From NCBI RefSeq assembly GCF_009914755.1, contig NC_060925.1: a stretch of 64,000 bases of DNA, one strand, 5' to 3'. The translations under genes and the position numbers were made by a program. Each line of letters opens with the position of its first letter. The first letter of the stretch is position 1. This document shows positions 59,356 to 64,000 of this stretch, in pieces. The notes beneath the pieces are model-generated. The model ran no database searches. It was not told the origin of the DNA and worked only from the letters and a program-made list of their open reading frames with translations. The DNA is from the human T2T-CHM13v2.0 reference genome, Homo sapiens.

Positions 59356-60055
59356 AATTTAGGTACCCATAGCACTGTACTTAAACATTGTGATAGAAAC
59401 ATTTCCCTGTTTGAGAAGGATTTCTTTTTTCTCCTGAATTCTACATGCATATTCCTTATACACCATAATACAGAATTCTTCTATGTTGCTCATATTTCTG
59501 TGAACTTTTCATATGTCCTGGCTATTTGATTATGGAAAAGCTGGTGAGCCTCATGCTGTACTCAGCACTTTAACACAGAATTGGAGATGCTGCTGCATGT
59601 GGCTGAAGTCAACAACCACATGGGGATAGCCTTTGTCAGTTGACTGAAACAAGAAAGTCTGATAATGGGTTTTCAAATGCTGTGTACATTATATGAAAAG
59701 CTATTGTGATTTCTAAATAGGAAATACCCCATTTTTCTAGGGTTTCTAATTTGGATCTTCTTATTCTTTCTCACCGTTATTATGTTCAGGGACTCTCTTT
59801 CTAATTGTATGGTTTTGGACAGTGACAAAAGATAAGAATATATTTTTCTGTGGGTTCAGTTGCCCCCCTTCCATTGTATTTCTGTAAGTTGCTGGGAAAG
59901 CATGAATGTGAAAGCTGTTGGTAAACTCTGAGGTTATGGTGAGCAATGAGTGTGCTTGCCAACACCTTGCAAAAAAGTGTTTCTTGCAATGGAGATAAGT
60001 TGTGTTCAAAATAAATGGCCGAGAGAATAGCTGATTTTGATAGATGAAAAAGCAG

Positions 60056-60454
<399 letters not shown>

Positions 60455-61039
60455 CTAGCAAACATTTGCCAGACTTCTTTCTTTCCTACAGCAAATTATT
60501 GCATTTTCCTGTCCTGATGAGGCAACAATAGAAAGAACAGAGAAAGAACAGTGTAGTCGTAGAAAGTGCAGCGATACAAAGTTGTAACTGTGGTTTTCTG
60601 GCACCTTTGCTAACTGTACACCCAGTCAGCCTGTCTTGAGCCATTTCCCCAACTGTAAGAATTGTGATGTTTGTTGCTCTTTATGCCGTAGAAACTAGTG
60701 AGACTATATGAGGTAATGAGACTGTGTGGTAAAAATGCTATGGGTTATGACCTCGCATTTAAAAAAAAAAAATGCTGTGGGCATCTGCATAGACGTGGTC
60801 AGTCAGTTTCATTATGCAGTAACATGAGTTACGTGTCTCTGGATGTAAGAGCTCTGTCTCTGATATCCAGTTGCCAAGGAGGTTGAGCTAATTTGACTTT
60901 TAGCTGATCTGACAATGAGAGAGAACTCTTGCCTCTCTTCCTCTCTTCATTGCTTCCTAAACCTCCCTGCAGAAGCTGTAATCTCCCAGATGGGGAAGGA
61001 GACCCTTCTTGGTTTCACCATATTATAAGTATTACTAAG

Positions 61040-61285
61040 CATGTGTTGATTTATGGTAATAATTTACATTTATTAAAGCACTTACTATAGCATACTATAA
61101 TGTGACAAGCAGTGTTCTAAGCCCTTTGATTTTCTACCTCAGTTAACCCTCACAGTAACCCTGTAAGGTAGATACTTTTATTGTCTCCATTTTACAGATG
61201 AGGAATCAGAGGCCCAGAAAGGACATAACTTGCCCCAAATCACACAGTTTAAGTGGCAGAACTGGAATTCAAAACCTGCAGGGTC
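61040..61285 (-). mobile_element. MIR
   Basis: ccattttacagatgaggaatcagaggcccaga...aacttgccccaaatcacacag. Confidence 0.85.
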
Positions 61286-61627
61286 TAGCTCCGGGGTCTG
61301 TTCTTTAAAGATGCCCATTAGGAAAAAAAAATGGCTTAGCTTTTTGAGAAGCTCTTATTCAAAGAGAGCTGTGATAAGGTCGAAGCCTTGTAGAAGATAT
61401 AATAAACATTAAACACAGAAATATGTTTAGCTATTTACATTACAGACGACTAAAAGATTCCTACTGTTGTGGCCATGAGTAGGAGTTGTTATTGGAGTTC
61501 CAAGTTTGGATATGGTGAAATCGTCGTCTCTTTTCCTTTCTAATTATACTTGAAGGCTTTGTGGAGATTAGCTTTTATGAGCTCTCCATGTTGTTCTATA
61601 TGCCAGGTATTTGGTGTGGCTTAAGGC

Positions 61628-61740
61628 AGTGGTTCCAAATCAGAGCTGTGCCTCCCAGACTCACCTGGAGCCTTCTGAAAACATAGATGTCTGCACCTCT
61701 GCACTTGCTTGTTACGTCTCCAGAGGTGATTTTGTTGTGC
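61628..61740. mobile_element. MER5A-like fragment
   Basis: cagtggttccaaa...tcacctggag...ccagaggtgatt. Confidence 0.55.
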
Positions 61741-61769
61741 AGTCCCTAGGAAAGACTTAAAATGGAAAC

Positions 61770-62152
61770 GCTGTCTTTGAGTGGTTATATGTAATACACC
61801 ACCCCAAAACCTAATGGTTTTAGATAACTGTGATTTATGATTTCTCATGATTCTGTGTTAGCCTGGGTCACTCACCTGACAGGTCAGCTGGGGCCTGGGT
61901 CTCTGTCTCCCTGTGGTCTTTTATCATCAGGAAGCTTGACCAGGATTTACACCACAGCGGAAGTGATCTGGGAGGGTGAGTCCCTGTGCACAAGTACTTG
62001 TCAAGCCTCTGCTTATGTCACATTTGTTGATGTACCCTCGGCTGAAACCAGTCACACACCCAAGCCTAGAGTCAGCAGAGAAAGAGACTGCACTGGTTGT
62101 GGGCCCTAGCAGACATGATTCACTGGGATCATTAGTATAGCATTCTACCACA
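61770..62152 (-). mobile_element. MaLR MLT1 LTR
   Basis: caccccaaaacctaatgg, atttctcatgattctgtg, caagcctctgcttatgtcacatttg, ctaccaca end. Confidence 0.75.
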
Positions 62153-62289
62153 CATGTAAACATCTGCCTAAAATTAGCTCAGTGTAAGGGCTTAGATCTC
62201 ATAAAACCTAGGGAAAAACTCTACAGCCCCCATGCTTGTCCTCTGCCATTATGGTACACCTACCAACTTGATAAGTTGTGGTTTCTTCA

Positions 62290-62530
62290 AATTCATTCAT
62301 TCACTTAGCAAATAATAGTTCGCATACCTACTGCATGCTAGGGAAATGGCAGTGGACAAAATAGAAATTTCCTGCCCTCGTGGTACTTACAGTGTGGTGG
62401 GAAGGGGAAGGTGTGTGTGGAAAAAGACAATGTAAATAAAATGAGAGTGGGAAATAGGGAGTTGGGTAGGGGTAGCAATGTTAGATAAGGTGGCCAGGGA
62501 AGGCCTCAGAGAGAAGGTGATATTGTGGGG
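62290..62530 (-). mobile_element. L2 3' end
   Basis: attcattcattcac...cctgccctcgtgg..cttaca...ccagggaaggcctc. Confidence 0.75.
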
Positions 62531-62674
62531 AGGGTCAAGACAAACACAGACAACATCCTATTGGTTCAAGCCTAAGTAATGATTTATTAGCGAGTACTTG
62601 AGCATCTCCCTCAGATCTGTCAGTAGGGGATTGGGTTGGCAGGGAGGAATAGATGCTATAAAATGGGCAGGGGT

Positions 62675-63129
<455 letters not shown>

Positions 63130-63402
63130 TTAAGCCTCTCAGCAGCCTTGCAAAGAAATTAGTTATTATCCTTGTTTTTGGAGACTCCGAGTAGTAAAGT
63201 AACAAATTAAAGAAGGGAAGAGTCAAGAAGGAGAAAAATATTAGAAAATTAAAGAAGTCATTGAGTATTATAATAGATTTAGTGCTAGAAGAGGGCGTAA
63301 GTTAAATGATAATAAGTTAGTGATTTAGAACATTTTGTCACATTTATATCATTTTCAGTCCCTCCACTTCTCTTTTATGTTTCTATTTTTGCTTCCTGAC
63401 AG

Positions 63403-63533
63403 GAATGGGTAACTGCCACTGACATCAGAGTAACTCTTAATCGCCTGAACACTTTTGGAGATGAAGTGTTTAACGATCCCAAAGTTCTCAAGTCCTATTA
63501 TTATGCCATCTCTGATTTTGCTGTAGGTGGCAG
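63403..63533 (+). CDS. LAMC1: LAMC1 coding exon 3 (end of LN domain, about E242-R285), phase 0 to phase 2
   Basis: Long pyrimidine tract ending tgacAG|GAATGG; donor CAG|GTAAGT; 131 nt translating [43 protein letters not shown](R), in frame with exon 2; not in the ORF track. Confidence 0.98.
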
Positions 63534-64000
63534 GTAAGTAAACTATTAAATTAGTCTTGAAAGTGTTTGGAGCTTTTGCATAGAGGTGAATCTAGCAACT
63601 TGTTTATAATTATGTTAATACCGTTGTTAGATGTTTTCTTTACCAAGAATAGGAGCGGCAGTCCTTCCTGTGTGATAATGCTTAGCTGAAAAGACAGACA
63701 GCAGCCTAGGATATTTTCACTGTGAGATCTTCTTGTTGTTCTGGAAACTAAGCATGTAGGTTTTCCAAAACCTTGTCAAATCCACACACTTAGTGAATTC
63801 TTATTGACAATTTAAGTGCAAGGGCACTGTGAAGCACTTGAGGAAGGGTAAGACTCACCTTATCCTACGGAGAAGTCCTGACCTTCTTGGATCTTACACA
63901 TGAACAGGGTAGGCAATGTATGAATATGTGAAAACTGAAATACTTGTAATCACCTGTTTTTAAAAAATAGATAAAGCAGCAGTAGAAAAGATGCCACATA

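Overview
Human (primate) genomic DNA lying entirely inside the LAMC1 (laminin gamma-1) gene on the + strand: about 58.4 kb of the very large first intron, coding exon 2 (58455-58759, 305 nt), intron 2 (58760-63402), coding exon 3 (63403-63533, 131 nt) and the start of intron 3. The two exons encode the C-terminal half of the laminin N-terminal (LN) domain. The rest is CpG-depleted intron with about 30 Alu copies, L1/L2/MIR relics, Tigger and hAT DNA-transposon fossils and three LTRs. Repeat subfamily names are from memory of consensus sequences and need RepeatMasker/Dfam confirmation. I see no convincing new multi-gene system. The best oddities are: a sense-oriented ERV1 solo LTR carrying a strong 3' splice site, in-frame stop and AATAAA (candidate truncating last exon); a 60-bp orphan retrocopy with a 20-bp TSD; an Alu whose poly(A) tail appears micro-inverted; an inverted Alu pair only 28 bp apart; a duplicated TEAD/STAT palindrome; nested Tigger elements; and an exon-3 read-through that stops exactly at the LN-domain end.
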